DNA of 64,000 nt. Source: Candidatus Falkowbacteria bacterium. Its GTDB lineage: Bacteria; Patescibacteriota; Patescibacteriia; Patescibacteriales; WJLG01. Every line of letters begins with the position of its first letter. Positions within the stretch are counted from its first letter, which is position 1. A program made the translations under genes and the position numbers. The notes below the pieces were generated by a model, which ran no database searches, was not told the DNA's origin, and was given only the letters and a program-made list of their open reading frames with translations. This document shows positions 47,784 through 57,235 of this stretch, piece by piece. The stretch covers positions 26,659 through 90,658 of the forward strand of contig CAVVFV010000012.1 of the NCBI GenBank assembly GCA_963747695.1. The letters run 5' to 3'.

Positions 47784-48353
47784 ATGAACGAAGAAATGAG
47801 TAAAATCGAGCCGAGCGTACTGATGCAAAGAGCTCAGAATGGCGATAAAGAAGCGTTTGGCTTGATTTATGAGTCTTATTTTAGCCATATTTATCGGTAT
47901 ATTTATTTCCGGGTGCAGAGCAAGGCAGTGGCGGAAGATATCACTCAGACAGTTTTCTTAAAAGTTTTTGAAAAATTATCTTCCTATCGGGAAAAATCGC
48001 GACCGCCCTTGGCTTATTTGTTCACTGTGGCGAGAAATAAAGTAATCGACTATTGGCGGAAAAATAAACAGACGGTTCAAGATCCGGAAAAGGATCTGAG
48101 CAAAATTCCCGAAACAGTCGATTCGGCTGCTGAAATAATTTCGCGGACCATCGCCATGGAAAAGATCAGCGCGGCTTTGGAAAATATTCCCGGAGATCAG
48201 CGCGATGTGATAATTTTTAAATATCTTAACCAGTTATCTTATCCGGAAATCGCCAAACTGCTAAAGAAAAAAGAAGCGGCAATCCGAAAATTGGCCAGCC
48301 GGGGATTAAATAGTTTACGAGAATATTTTAAAGGAATTGATCTATATGACTGA
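47784..48353 (+). CDS. ECF-type sigma-70 family RNA polymerase sigma factor
   Basis: Region 2 FGLIYESYFSHIYRYIYFRV...AEDITQTVFLKVF; region 4 LSYPEIAKLLKKKEAAIRKLASRGL. Confidence 0.8.
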   Translation: MNEEMSKIEPSVLMQRAQNGDKEAFGLIYESYFSHIYRYIYFRVQSKAVAEDITQTVFLKVFEKLSSYREKSRPPLAYLFTVARNKVIDYWRKNKQTVQDPEKDLSKIPETVDSAAEIISRTIAMEKISAALENIPGDQRDVIIFKYLNQLSYPEIAKLLKKKEAAIRKLASRGLNSLREYFKGIDLYD

Positions 48354-48861
48354 AGCGGGTTGGGAAAAATTAATTGCGGATAGTTTGCGGGAAGCGGATC
48401 GGAATATTGCGCCGCGCCGCGAATTGTTGTCGGAAATTATCAAGTCGGCCGGGAAGCCCGCGATTTTAAGGCCGTCGATTCGCGCTAACCAAGCTTGGAA
48501 AATCTTTTCAAGTTTTTCTTTAGGCCAGCAAATATTCGCGGCAGTCGGAGCAGTAATGATCATCGCCGCTGTCCTGGTGTCACTGCCCGGAAATTTAAAT
48601 AAGCTTAATCAATCTGCCACCAGTCAGCCCACGGTTAGCCAGGCTTCTCCGGCTCAACCTACGGTGATTGCGGCAGTTCAAGATATTAATAATGAAACGC
48701 CCACCAGCGATGATGTTGATGCGGCGGTGACCGCCATTTTAGCTTCCGTTTCCGATGAGGATTCAACGTTAACCAATGAGGTAAGCGATGAATCATTGTC
48801 TGATGACGACAGCGCGACGGTCAATAATTTAATCCAAAATTATGATCAAGATGAATTCTAG
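48346..48861 (+). CDS. Putative anti-sigma factor (single TM), translationally coupled to sigma gene (ATGA overlap)
   Basis: Start overlaps sigma stop; TM IFAAVGAVMIIAAVLVSL. Confidence 0.45.
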   Translation: MTEAGWEKLIADSLREADRNIAPRRELLSEIIKSAGKPAILRPSIRANQAWKIFSSFSLGQQIFAAVGAVMIIAAVLVSLPGNLNKLNQSATSQPTVSQASPAQPTVIAAVQDINNETPTSDDVDAAVTAILASVSDEDSTLTNEVSDESLSDDDSATVNNLIQNYDQDEF

Positions 48862-49636
48862 AGTGATCATTCCGGTCGTAGCCGGATTAGTGCTGGGAGT
48901 GTCGCTTTACGCTTCCGCGGCTCTCGCGGATACGGCCACCGGCACAAGCCCGGCATTGACCAAGCCGACTCCGCCGAAGACCACTTGTAACGTCTATTCG
49001 GACAAAGCGGCTAAAGCGGTGCAGAATCTGGCGAACAAACAAGCCAAGCTTGATTCCAATCGGGTAAAGCAGCTCTCCCGATTGAACATTAATCGCGCCA
49101 CCAATGATCAGAAATTAGCGGACAGCCGTTTGAACGCCGATCAGAAACGGGCCGATGCCATTGCCAAGCTGGAAGGCAAGAATTTGACGGACGCTCAAAA
49201 AGCCGCCGTGACCGCTTTTCAGACCGCGGTTACCCAGGCTGTCGCTACCCGCCAGGCCGCCGTTGATGCCGCCATCGCCGCTTATCGGACGGCGTTAGAT
49301 CAGGCGATCAGTTCTCAGGGAACCGGCATTAACACGGCGACGACCACTTACGCGGCTGCCGTGCAAGCGGCTTACGCCAAAGCCCTTTCCGATTGTCAAT
49401 CTAATGTCGCTCCCAAGACCGTCCGCGCGAATTTGAATGCGGCTCTCAAGGCTGCCAAGCAAGCATTTACTGCCAGCCGCCAAAGTGTCACCAAACTTTC
49501 GGCGACCATCAGTCCCTTGGCTAAAACCCGCCAGCAGGCGATCACCGCCGCTGAAACCGCTTTTAAAACCGCTATTACTTCGGCCACCGCTACTTTGAAA
49601 GCGGCTTTCCCGGCCAAAACGAAAACAACGAAATAA
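48842..49636 (+). CDS. Secreted Ala/Thr-rich helical protein
   Basis: Signal peptide; low-complexity AxxA/T repeats. Confidence 0.4.
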   Translation: MIKMNSRVIIPVVAGLVLGVSLYASAALADTATGTSPALTKPTPPKTTCNVYSDKAAKAVQNLANKQAKLDSNRVKQLSRLNINRATNDQKLADSRLNADQKRADAIAKLEGKNLTDAQKAAVTAFQTAVTQAVATRQAAVDAAIAAYRTALDQAISSQGTGINTATTTYAAAVQAAYAKALSDCQSNVAPKTVRANLNAALKAAKQAFTASRQSVTKLSATISPLAKTRQQAITAAETAFKTAITSATATLKAAFPAKTKTTK

Positions 49637-49654
49637 TAATTTAGAATAATCACG

Positions 49655-49682
49655 AAGAGGCCGCCCGGCCTCTTTTGTGTTG
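49655..49682. terminator. Bidirectional terminator hairpin
   Basis: AAGAGGCCGcccGGCCTCTTttgtgtt. Confidence 0.7.
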
Positions 49683-49742
49683 GAGATAAAAAAAGGAGTG
49701 TCGCTCTCGACACTCCGGCTATTTTGATTTGGGCAATGATTG

Positions 49743-50618
49743 TTATTCAGTTTTGGGAGCAGGCAATGCCTTGGCTATATCGATCATCGAGAAAACCTCG
49801 CCCTTTTTTCCGAGCTCCATCTGTTCACGGAGAAACAAGAAAGCCTGTTTTGCACCTTCGGCGTAAGGTTCGCGGCCATTGATGTTGTGAATGATTCGGA
49901 AGAACATGATGTCGCCGAGAGCCAGGATGTATGAATGCCATCCGTGGCCGTCAAGATATTTTTTCGCAACACCCATTTTGTATTGTTCATACTTATCACG
50001 AACCATCTCGATGCCTCCCTCGAGTATGGCGCCCAAAGCCTTGAAATATCCGACCATGGCTTTGGCCGTGCCGCTCGTTTCCTGACCCTTTGATTCCTGA
50101 TGACTTTCTTTGACCTTCAGAGAAAAATCTTTGAAGGCGTTGGGAAAAGTCTCGGCGCCGTATTTCATCATGGCTTGCAGTGCCACCACTTGTAGGCACA
50201 TATTCGGCGCGACAACCGCGCAGATTTCTGACCGCTTTACCAATTCCGTGATCTCGGCAAGATCGCCACCGACGGCTCCCAGGACAAAAGGGATTTTATA
50301 GGTACAGTAGAATTCCACATTGCTCCGGATGCTTTCCGCGCGCTTTTTAAGATCGGCTGACCGTGAAAAATCAATCACGTAAACATTCCATCCGCCGATT
50401 CTTTCTTGTTCCACGAACCAGGGCCATTTTTCGCGCTGAAGTAATCCGATCTTGGCGCCGCCGATCGTGACGGTTTTATCGGTTATTTCCGGCCCGGTAA
50501 AGGCGTTCCGCGAAAGGAGATAATTCTTCCAGCTGTCTTCCGCGGCCAATATTTTTTCTGCCGCCGCGGTCGGCATTTTCCCCGGCAAACCTGCGATAAT
50601 AACGATTGGCCTGCTCAT
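49743..50618 (-). CDS. DapB-like NAD(P)-dependent reductase (4-hydroxy-tetrahydrodipicolinate reductase family)
   Basis: N-terminal Rossmann IVIIAGLPGKM; ESHQESKGQETSGTA matches DapB E-HH-K-DAPSGTA motif. Confidence 0.5.
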   Translation of the reverse strand: MSRPIVIIAGLPGKMPTAAAEKILAAEDSWKNYLLSRNAFTGPEITDKTVTIGGAKIGLLQREKWPWFVEQERIGGWNVYVIDFSRSADLKKRAESIRSNVEFYCTYKIPFVLGAVGGDLAEITELVKRSEICAVVAPNMCLQVVALQAMMKYGAETFPNAFKDFSLKVKESHQESKGQETSGTAKAMVGYFKALGAILEGGIEMVRDKYEQYKMGVAKKYLDGHGWHSYILALGDIMFFRIIHNINGREPYAEGAKQAFLFLREQMELGKKGEVFSMIDIAKALPAPKTE

Positions 50619-50780
50619 AATTTAATCCGCCTTTCTGGTTAATATTATTGATTGGAATGTACTAAAGTTATGACTTCGTAATATACCACAAATAACGGTT
50701 ATGTCAAATGGCGGGGTGGATTTTATTTTTTGGCCGTGATATGATATTTTTAATGATTAGTATAAATATTTTTAACTAAT

Positions 50781-51503
50781 ATGAGAGGAATAATTCTTTC
50801 CGGAGGAGCGGGAACGCGTCTCCGACCATTGACCTATATCACTTCAAAACAACTTTTGCCGGTTTATAACAAACCGATGATTTATTATCCGCTTAATACT
50901 TTGCTTAAAGCGGGGATCAAGGAAATATTGATCATCGTGGCGCCGGAGCGGGCTGGCGATTATTCCAATCTGCTTGGTTCGGGCAAAGAATTCGGCGCGA
51001 AATTCACATATGAGGTCCAGGATGAGCCAAGGGGTTTGGCAGACGCGCTGATCATCGGCGATAATTTCATCGATCAGGAAAATATCGCCTTGATTTTAGG
51101 CGATAATATTTTTGAAGATGATTTTACCGACGAGATTAAGAAATTCAAAAGCGGCGGAAAAATTTTCGCCAAGCAAGTCAAAGATCCGGAACGTTTCGGC
51201 GTGGTGGAATTTGCCGGCAGCAAGGCCAAGCGAATCGTGGAAAAACCCAAGGAACCGGTCAGCGATTATGCTGTTACCGGATTGTACCTCTATGATTATC
51301 GCGCCGTTCAAGTTGCCAAGGACCTCAAGCCTTCGCCTCGGGGCGAATTGGAAATCACCGACGTGAATAATTGGTATTTGGAGAAAGGGGAGTTGGAAGT
51401 GGCCAAGATCAGCGGCGCCTGGCTGGATGCCGGAACCTTTGACAGCTTGCTGGAAGCGCAGAATCTGGCCAAGGAAAAATTGGCCGGAAAAATGGTGATA
51501 TAA
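50781..51503 (+). CDS. Sugar-phosphate nucleotidyltransferase, RmlA-like (glucose-1-phosphate thymidylyltransferase short form)
   Basis: MRGIILSGGAGTRLRPLTYITSKQLLPVYNKPMIYYPL. Confidence 0.75.
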   Translation: MRGIILSGGAGTRLRPLTYITSKQLLPVYNKPMIYYPLNTLLKAGIKEILIIVAPERAGDYSNLLGSGKEFGAKFTYEVQDEPRGLADALIIGDNFIDQENIALILGDNIFEDDFTDEIKKFKSGGKIFAKQVKDPERFGVVEFAGSKAKRIVEKPKEPVSDYAVTGLYLYDYRAVQVAKDLKPSPRGELEITDVNNWYLEKGELEVAKISGAWLDAGTFDSLLEAQNLAKEKLAGKMVI

Positions 51504-51611
51504 TTGTCATATTGTCATATTGTCATATTGCTATATTGTTACGCTACGAAATTAATTAGCTGTGTATTGAAAACGTTGCGCAACAATATAACAATATAGC
51601 AATATAACAAT
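51504..51611. repeat. Repeat family B locus 3 (three tandem TTGTCATA units in left arm)
   Basis: attgtcatattgtcatattgtcatattgctatattgtta ...ttgcgcaac... caatataacaatatagcaatataacaat. Confidence 0.8.
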
Positions 51612-51618
51612 AAATCCG

Positions 51619-52551
51619 ATGAGAACATTAATTGGTTTTATTATTTTCGGCGACACCACGGCAAAATATCTGCCGTTTTTTTTGCCGTCGCTTTCCAATC
51701 AGACGGCCAAGGATTTTAAGATAATCGCTTTTAACAACGGTGAGGCGGATGATGCCAACGTCAGATATTTAAGAGCCAATTTTCCCGAGATCGAAATTAT
51801 CGGCGGCGGCGTAAATCTCGGATTTGCCGCAGCTTATAACCGGATGATCGCCCGGGCTCAGCAAGATCGGGCTGATTATTTTTTAATGACTAATTCGGAT
51901 GTCATATTTGAGCCGGATGTTTTGGAAAAATTGGCGCGGCGATTGGATGCCGACCAAGAGCTTGGCTCGGTTTGCCCGAAGATACTTAAATGGGGCTTTA
52001 GCGATAATAAAAAAACGGATATCGTCGATTCTTACGGCATCGGCTTGAAAAGCGGTTTGCGTTTTTTCGATGTCGGCCAGGGGAAAAAAGATGCTCAGCA
52101 TTTTCGGTATTCGCGGATCATCGGTCCTTCCGGAGCTTGCGGATTATTCCGGATGGCGGCTTTGGAAAAAATCAAAGAGCAAGGAAAATATCTGGACGAG
52201 CGGATGTTTATGTACAAGGAAGATTGCGACCTGGATTACCGGCTGTATTTAATTCATCAGGAATCGGCTTGCTTTCCCGAGGCGGTGGTTTATCATGACC
52301 GCACGGCGGCCGGAATCGGCAGCGGCGATTTGGCGGCGATTCGATCAAGAAAAAATAAAAGCCGCGAGGTCAAGCGCCAGTCGCTCGCCAATCAGCAGTT
52401 GATTTTTAAGAAATATTGGCACTTGCAGAATTTTATTTCCCGGCTGAATATATTTTTTTATCTCCTTAAATCATTTTTATACAGTTTGTTTTTTGAGCAA
52501 TATCTTTTGTCCGTCAGCTTGACATTTTTTAAAAAAGGCAGTAAATTATAG
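51619..52551 (+). CDS. Glycosyltransferase family 2
   Basis: GT-A fold N-terminus; DxD-containing segment, CGLFRMAALEKI. Confidence 0.75.
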   Translation: MRTLIGFIIFGDTTAKYLPFFLPSLSNQTAKDFKIIAFNNGEADDANVRYLRANFPEIEIIGGGVNLGFAAAYNRMIARAQQDRADYFLMTNSDVIFEPDVLEKLARRLDADQELGSVCPKILKWGFSDNKKTDIVDSYGIGLKSGLRFFDVGQGKKDAQHFRYSRIIGPSGACGLFRMAALEKIKEQGKYLDERMFMYKEDCDLDYRLYLIHQESACFPEAVVYHDRTAAGIGSGDLAAIRSRKNKSREVKRQSLANQQLIFKKYWHLQNFISRLNIFFYLLKSFLYSLFFEQYLLSVSLTFFKKGSKL

Positions 52552-52592
52552 CAAAATTTAACAGTCCAACTTTTTATCATTGGGAGGTCGTA

Positions 52593-52946
52593 ATGGATTG
52601 TACCTTTAAGGCGGTTCCGCCGACGGACAATTTCTGTGTCAAACGGGAGACGGGAATCGATGAAAATTCGGTATTTATGAAATTAATCGAACCGATGGCT
52701 GTCGAGCCGGGCGAACGAATCCTCGCGATTGATACTGCTGGTAATGAATTGTATTTTGCCGCGCAAGGAGGCGAAGCGGTTAATGCTTTCGGTCCGGGAT
52801 TGGTGCTGGTTTCCTTCTCGGATGAAACTTTGGTCCAGACCCTGCCCGAATCGGAAGCTGATCTGCTCGCGAGCTTTTGCGATCTTTTCCTTAATGTGGA
52901 AAAGAAACCGAAATCGGTTAAAAAAGCTAGTAAGGTAACCAAATAG
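52593..52946 (+). CDS. Hypothetical protein (117 aa)
   Basis: ORF with plausible RBS gggagg; no domain recognised. Confidence 0.35.
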   Translation: MDCTFKAVPPTDNFCVKRETGIDENSVFMKLIEPMAVEPGERILAIDTAGNELYFAAQGGEAVNAFGPGLVLVSFSDETLVQTLPESEADLLASFCDLFLNVEKKPKSVKKASKVTK

Positions 52947-52949
52947 AGG

Positions 52950-53156
52950 AGGGTAGCAGTTTGACTTTTGAACGACGCAACCAGTGCAACAAGATATCAA
53001 ACAGAAAAGCTTTTTTAAGGCCAAAGGTGGTAGTCCGCAGCCGGCAAAATATCGGTCTATCTCCGGCCGGTATGAAAATGGCCGAGATTCCGGTCGATCG
53101 ATCTGCCAAAAAAAGTTGGCGTTAGCGACAGGGGCGATCAGTACGCCCCTTTTTTG
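52950..53156 (+). ncRNA. Candidate small RNA or long structured 3' UTR ending in a strong intrinsic terminator (53131-53156)
   Basis: GC-rich self-complementary segments; GGGGCGatcagtaCGCCCCtttttt. Confidence 0.3.
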
Positions 53157-53164
53157 TTGGCATC

Positions 53165-53192
53165 TTGACTTTTTCTTGATTTTTACTATAAT
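53165..53192 (+). promoter_or_regulatory. Putative sigma70-like promoter (TTGACT-16-TATAAT) for rplU
   Basis: ttgact ttttcttgatttttac tataat. Confidence 0.55.
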
Positions 53193-53242
53193 TATAATCT
53201 AGCTTATCAGAGCTATTTTTATTTAAATAAATTACATATTTT

Positions 53243-53551
53243 ATGGCTAAAATTGCCGTGATCAAGACTGGCGGAAAACAATATAAAGTTACCGATGGTC
53301 AGTTGCTAAACATTGAAAAATTGGAAAAAAAACAAGGCGATAAGGTTAAATTCGAAACCCTTTTGATCGCCGACGAAAAGGATTTGCAAATCGGCAAACC
53401 CGGTTTGGGCGAGAAAGTCGAAGCTGAAGTTATCGAGCAGGGCCGCCACGATAAGATTGCCGTGGTCAAGTTCAAGAACAAGACCCGCTATACCAGGAAC
53501 CGCGGCCATCGCCAACCGTTCACCAAAGTTAAAATTACTGCCATTGCCTAA
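53243..53551 (+). CDS. rplU: 50S ribosomal protein L21
   Basis: MAKIAVIKTGGKQYKV...HRQPFTKVKI. Confidence 0.9.
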   Translation: MAKIAVIKTGGKQYKVTDGQLLNIEKLEKKQGDKVKFETLLIADEKDLQIGKPGLGEKVEAEVIEQGRHDKIAVVKFKNKTRYTRNRGHRQPFTKVKITAIA

Positions 53552-53558
53552 ACAATAA

Positions 53559-53584
53559 AAGCAGGCCCTAGAGCCTGCTTTTTT
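53559..53584 (+). terminator. Rho-independent terminator
   Basis: AGCAGGCcctagaGCCTGCTttttt. Confidence 0.85.
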
Positions 53585-53634
53585 AAATGGAGGCAATGTG
53601 ATAAAATAAAAAAATAAATTATAAAAAGCGATAT

Positions 53635-54147
53635 ATGATTGAATTAGAAAAAACATATTTAGCAAAGTTTTTGCCACCCGACTTAGTCAACAGCGATTAT
53701 TCAGAAATGCTCGACGTATATTTGCCAATCTCAAGCAGCCATCCGCATTTAAGGTTGCGAAAGAAGGGGGATAAACTCGAAATTACTAAGAAGACGTTGG
53801 TTGATCGGGGAGATGCGTCTAAGCAGCTTGAGCAGACGATTATTTTAGAGCCAGAAGAGTTTAACGCTTTAGTGCAGGTAAAAGGCAAACGAGTGAGCAA
53901 AAAAAGGTATCGCCTTAAACGAGAAAATCGTATTATCGAAGTTGATGTATTTCAGGATGCTTTGGCTGGTTTGGTTTTGGTTGACGTGGAGTTCGATTCA
54001 GTTGAAGAAAAAGAAAAATTTCTCATGCCGGATTTTTGTCTGGTTGAAGTGACTCAAAAAGATTTTTTGGCAGGCGGAATGCTTTGTGGAAAAAGTTATG
54101 GCGACATTGAAGCGGAGCTGAATGAATGTGGTTACAGTCGGCTTTAA
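53635..54147 (+). CDS. CYTH-domain protein (triphosphate tunnel metalloenzyme)
   Basis: EIEKTYL N-terminal motif, alternating charged beta-strand pattern. Confidence 0.55.
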   Translation: MIELEKTYLAKFLPPDLVNSDYSEMLDVYLPISSSHPHLRLRKKGDKLEITKKTLVDRGDASKQLEQTIILEPEEFNALVQVKGKRVSKKRYRLKRENRIIEVDVFQDALAGLVLVDVEFDSVEEKEKFLMPDFCLVEVTQKDFLAGGMLCGKSYGDIEAELNECGYSRL

Positions 54148-54219
54148 TTTTCTGTTATATAGAATGCGAATTTTTTTAATTGGTTTTTTTGTTAATTTAT
54201 AATCTTCCTTATAGCGCGC

Positions 54220-54485
54220 ATTGGGAAATTTCCGTAATCACGCAGCGTAGAAGCCGTGCAAAAGTTGCGTTGTCCGAAGCCCGCTTCATTATTATAAAAA
54301 TTATAAATAAAGGCGGGCAAGAATAGCAATTTTGCTAGGCTTCCTAGCGGAGTGATAGGAAATTTTCCCTGCGCGCAGTTTTTTGCGCTACTTTTTCTAA
54401 AAAAAGTAGCAAAGATTTTGAAATAATGTCAGGAATATACCCACCCCGCCTCGCCGGGCTCGGCACCCCTCCCAAGAGGGGATTT
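54220..54485 (+). ncRNA. Candidate structured ncRNA / complex repeat element, copy 2 (~265 nt; TATAAT at 54198-54203; 3' GC hairpin + T-run)
   Basis: Homolog of 10190-10443; CCCCTCccaaGAGGGGattttt 3' end abuts recR stop. Confidence 0.4.
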
Positions 54486-55084
54486 TTAAACTTCATTTCT
54501 GTTCTTTAAGGCGTTATTCAAAGTTATTTCGTCCGCGTATTCGATATCCGAACCCATCGGCAGGCCGCGGGCTAGACGAGTCGTTTTTATTTTGAGCGGT
54601 TTGATTATTTTGGCCAGATACATCGAAGTCGTTTCGCCTTCCAGGGTGGGGGAGAGTGCTAAGATAACTTCTTTGATTTTTCCCTGCTTAAGGCGAGTTT
54701 CCAGCTTGGCAATGTTGGATGTTTCGACGCTGACGCCGGTTTGCGGGCGCAAGTTCCGGCCCAAAAGAAAATATAAGCCGTTATATTTTTTGGTCGTTTC
54801 GATGGCGAGCATTTCCGGTTGCGTGGCGATCACGCAGAGTGTCGAAGCATCGCGAGCCGGATCAGAGCAGAGCGGACACGGATCAGTCTCGGCGACTGCC
54901 AAACAAGTACTGCAAATCTTTAAATTTTTTTTCAGGCTGACGATGTCGGTGGCGATTTTAGTCAGAAATTCTTTGGGCTGTTTGAGCAGATAAAAAGCAT
55001 ACCGTTGCGCCGTTTTCGGCCCAACGGTAGGAATCTCCGACTTAGATCATCGATCAAATTTTGAATAGCCTGGGGGAATTTCAT
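54486..55084 (-). CDS. recR: Recombination protein RecR with apparent frameshift near 55030-55040
   Basis: C4 zinc finger CSTCLAVAETDPCPLC and Toprim domain in one frame; N-terminus MKFPQAIQNLIDDLSRR from ATG 55084 in another. Confidence 0.7.
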
Positions 55085-55090
55085 TAAAGT

Positions 55091-55206
55091 ATGCGAATAT
55101 CGCGAATTAATCGCGAATACTGCAAAAAATACGATATAATGACTCGAAGGAAATATGTTATTCGCGGTTTTCGTGGCATTCGCGTTTATTCGTAGATTCG
55201 CATCAT
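55091..55206. repeat. Repeat family C locus 3, fills recR-ybaB spacer
   Basis: atgcgaatatcgcgaattaatcgcgaatactgc...ttattcgcggttttcgtggcattcgcgtttattcgtagattcgcatcatt. Confidence 0.75.
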
Positions 55207-55208
55207 TA

Positions 55209-55481
55209 TTACATTCCGGGTAGTCCGCCCATCGCTCTCATTTTTTCCGCCATCACCCGCTGCGTTTTTTTGACCGCGTCATTAATGGCGTCGGGTAATT
55301 TTTTTTCCAATTCGTCCTTAGTCATTTCCTTTTCCAGGGTAACGGCCGAGACATTCATATTGCCGTCCATCACGATCTTGATTCCGTTCTTCTCGGCAGT
55401 AATCGTCTCCGCTCCCAAAGCATTTTGCAAAGTCTTGGCCTTGCTGCGCAAGTCTTTGAGTTGCTTTAATTTTTCAAACAT
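55209..55481 (-). CDS. ybaB: Nucleoid-associated protein YbaB/EbfC
   Basis: 90 aa; ending MRAMGGLPGM; synteny with recR. Confidence 0.85.
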   Translation of the reverse strand: MFEKLKQLKDLRSKAKTLQNALGAETITAEKNGIKIVMDGNMNVSAVTLEKEMTKDELEKKLPDAINDAVKKTQRVMAEKMRAMGGLPGM

Positions 55482-55483
55482 AA

Positions 55484-55637
55484 ATTAGGTACTTAGTTGA
55501 TTAGGTACTTAGGCCTACCTATTCAAGCTCATTTATTTTATAATCTTTACGCATTAAATTATGAGTTCGTTTATTAAAATAGAAGAAATTATCCATACTA
55601 CTACTAAGTACCTAATATACTAAGTGCCTAATTAACC
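55484..55637. repeat. Repeat family F locus 2
   Basis: aattaggtacttagttgattaggtacttaggcctacc ... ctactaagtacctaatatactaagtgcctaattaacc. Confidence 0.8.
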
Positions 55638-55640
55638 AAA

Positions 55641-57035
55641 CTAGAATTCCGGCACTGCTTCGCCGTAGTCCTGTTTTTGTAGATTTTTAAAGCTGACGGT
55701 ATCGTGGTCGAAGAAGAGATTGACCGAGCCGGTCGGGCCGTTGCGGTGTTTGGCCACGTAAATTTTCGCCGAATTCTTATCTTCCTCCGTCAAAGATTCG
55801 AAATCATAACCGCGGTCGGCGGCTTTGCGATAAACGAACATTACCACGTCGGCGTCCTGTTCGATCGAACCGGATTCGCGCAAGTGGGAAAGTTTCGGGA
55901 TGGCCGGTTTTTCCAACTCAACGGCGCGGGCTAATTGTGAAAGCGCCACCACCGGGACATTCAGCTCTCTGGCAATTCCCTTGAGACCGCGAGTGATTTC
56001 GGCGACTTCCTGGACGCGATTATCGCCGTATTTGCCCCGCCCTTCCATTAATTGCAGATAGTCGACAATGATCAAGCCCAAGCCTTTGTCCATCTTCAAG
56101 CGGCGGGCCTTGGCGCGGATTTCCATAATTGAGGTGGTGGCCGAGTCGTCGATGAAGATCGGCGCCTCGGACAATTGTCCCATCGCTTCGCCGATCCGGG
56201 CAAAATCATTGTCATCTTCACGATCGGACAATTTGCCGGTACGCATTTTCCATAAAGAAACTCCGGCCTGGGCGCAAAGCATTCTGTCGACCAATTGCTC
56301 TTTGCTCATTTCCAAAGAAAAAACTCCGACCGGTTCGCGGCTTTTAACCGCCACCTGCCGGGCAAAATCCATCGCCAAGGAAGTCTTGCCGACCGAAGGG
56401 CGCGCGGCCAGAATGATCAGATCGGATTTCTGCAAGCCGGCCAAAAGCTTGTCCAAGTCGGTGAAGCCGGTGGGCAAGCCGCGCAATTTTCCCGATTGTT
56501 TGTGCAATTCGTCGATGCGTTCGAAAGCTTCGGTCAGAAGATTATCGATTGAAACAAAAGCGGTCTTCGAATAATTCTGCGAGATCTGAAAGATCTTTTT
56601 TTCCGTTTCGTCCAAGATCAGATCGACATCCTCGTCTTCGTTGAAACTTAAGTCGGAAATTTCGCTGGCTGCTTGCTGCAAACGGCGCAAAGTCGCTTTA
56701 TGCTGGATGATCTTAGCATAATTTTCCACGTTGGAAGCGGTGGCGACGAAATTGGAAAGCTGGGCCAGATAAGTCCGGCCGCCGATCGCCGCCAGCTTCC
56801 CTTTGGCGTCGAGACGGTTGGACAATGTCAAAATATCGATCGGTTCCTGACGGGAAAATAATTCTTTGATCGTTTCGTAGATGATGAAGTGCGCGTCTTT
56901 GTAGAAATCTTTTTCCGAGAGCGTGTCGACGACCTTGACGATCGCGTTTTTTTCCAAAAGCAAACAAGAAAGCAGGCACTGTTCGGCCTCGATGTTTTGT
57001 GGCGGCAATTTACCGATGATATTCTGCTCCGGCAT
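55641..57035 (-). CDS. dnaB: Replicative DNA helicase DnaB
   Basis: Walker A ARPSVGKTSLAMD, Walker B LIIVDYLQLM, N-terminal DnaB domain. Confidence 0.9.
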   Translation of the reverse strand: MPEQNIIGKLPPQNIEAEQCLLSCLLLEKNAIVKVVDTLSEKDFYKDAHFIIYETIKELFSRQEPIDILTLSNRLDAKGKLAAIGGRTYLAQLSNFVATASNVENYAKIIQHKATLRRLQQAASEISDLSFNEDEDVDLILDETEKKIFQISQNYSKTAFVSIDNLLTEAFERIDELHKQSGKLRGLPTGFTDLDKLLAGLQKSDLIILAARPSVGKTSLAMDFARQVAVKSREPVGVFSLEMSKEQLVDRMLCAQAGVSLWKMRTGKLSDREDDNDFARIGEAMGQLSEAPIFIDDSATTSIMEIRAKARRLKMDKGLGLIIVDYLQLMEGRGKYGDNRVQEVAEITRGLKGIARELNVPVVALSQLARAVELEKPAIPKLSHLRESGSIEQDADVVMFVYRKAADRGYDFESLTEEDKNSAKIYVAKHRNGPTGSVNLFFDHDTVSFKNLQKQDYGEAVPEF

Positions 57036-57235
57036 AGATTCTCGCTCTTAAAATGATTAAATAATATTATCTCATTGCGGTTGATTTAGCAAGCGCGGAA
57101 AATGCACATTTAATCCACTGCTTCAGGCGATATTTTCCGGTATACTCGACCTCAATTCACGATTGACAGGATTAATGAGGAATGGTATAACGGTATTACT
57201 ATTTTGAATCTCGATCTTTAAAACAAGGGGGAAAT

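Noticed and set aside
52984-53202. 72-aa ORF upstream of rplU
   Set aside because: Runs across an intrinsic terminator hairpin and a promoter; no RBS; low-complexity hydrophobic tail. More likely non-coding.
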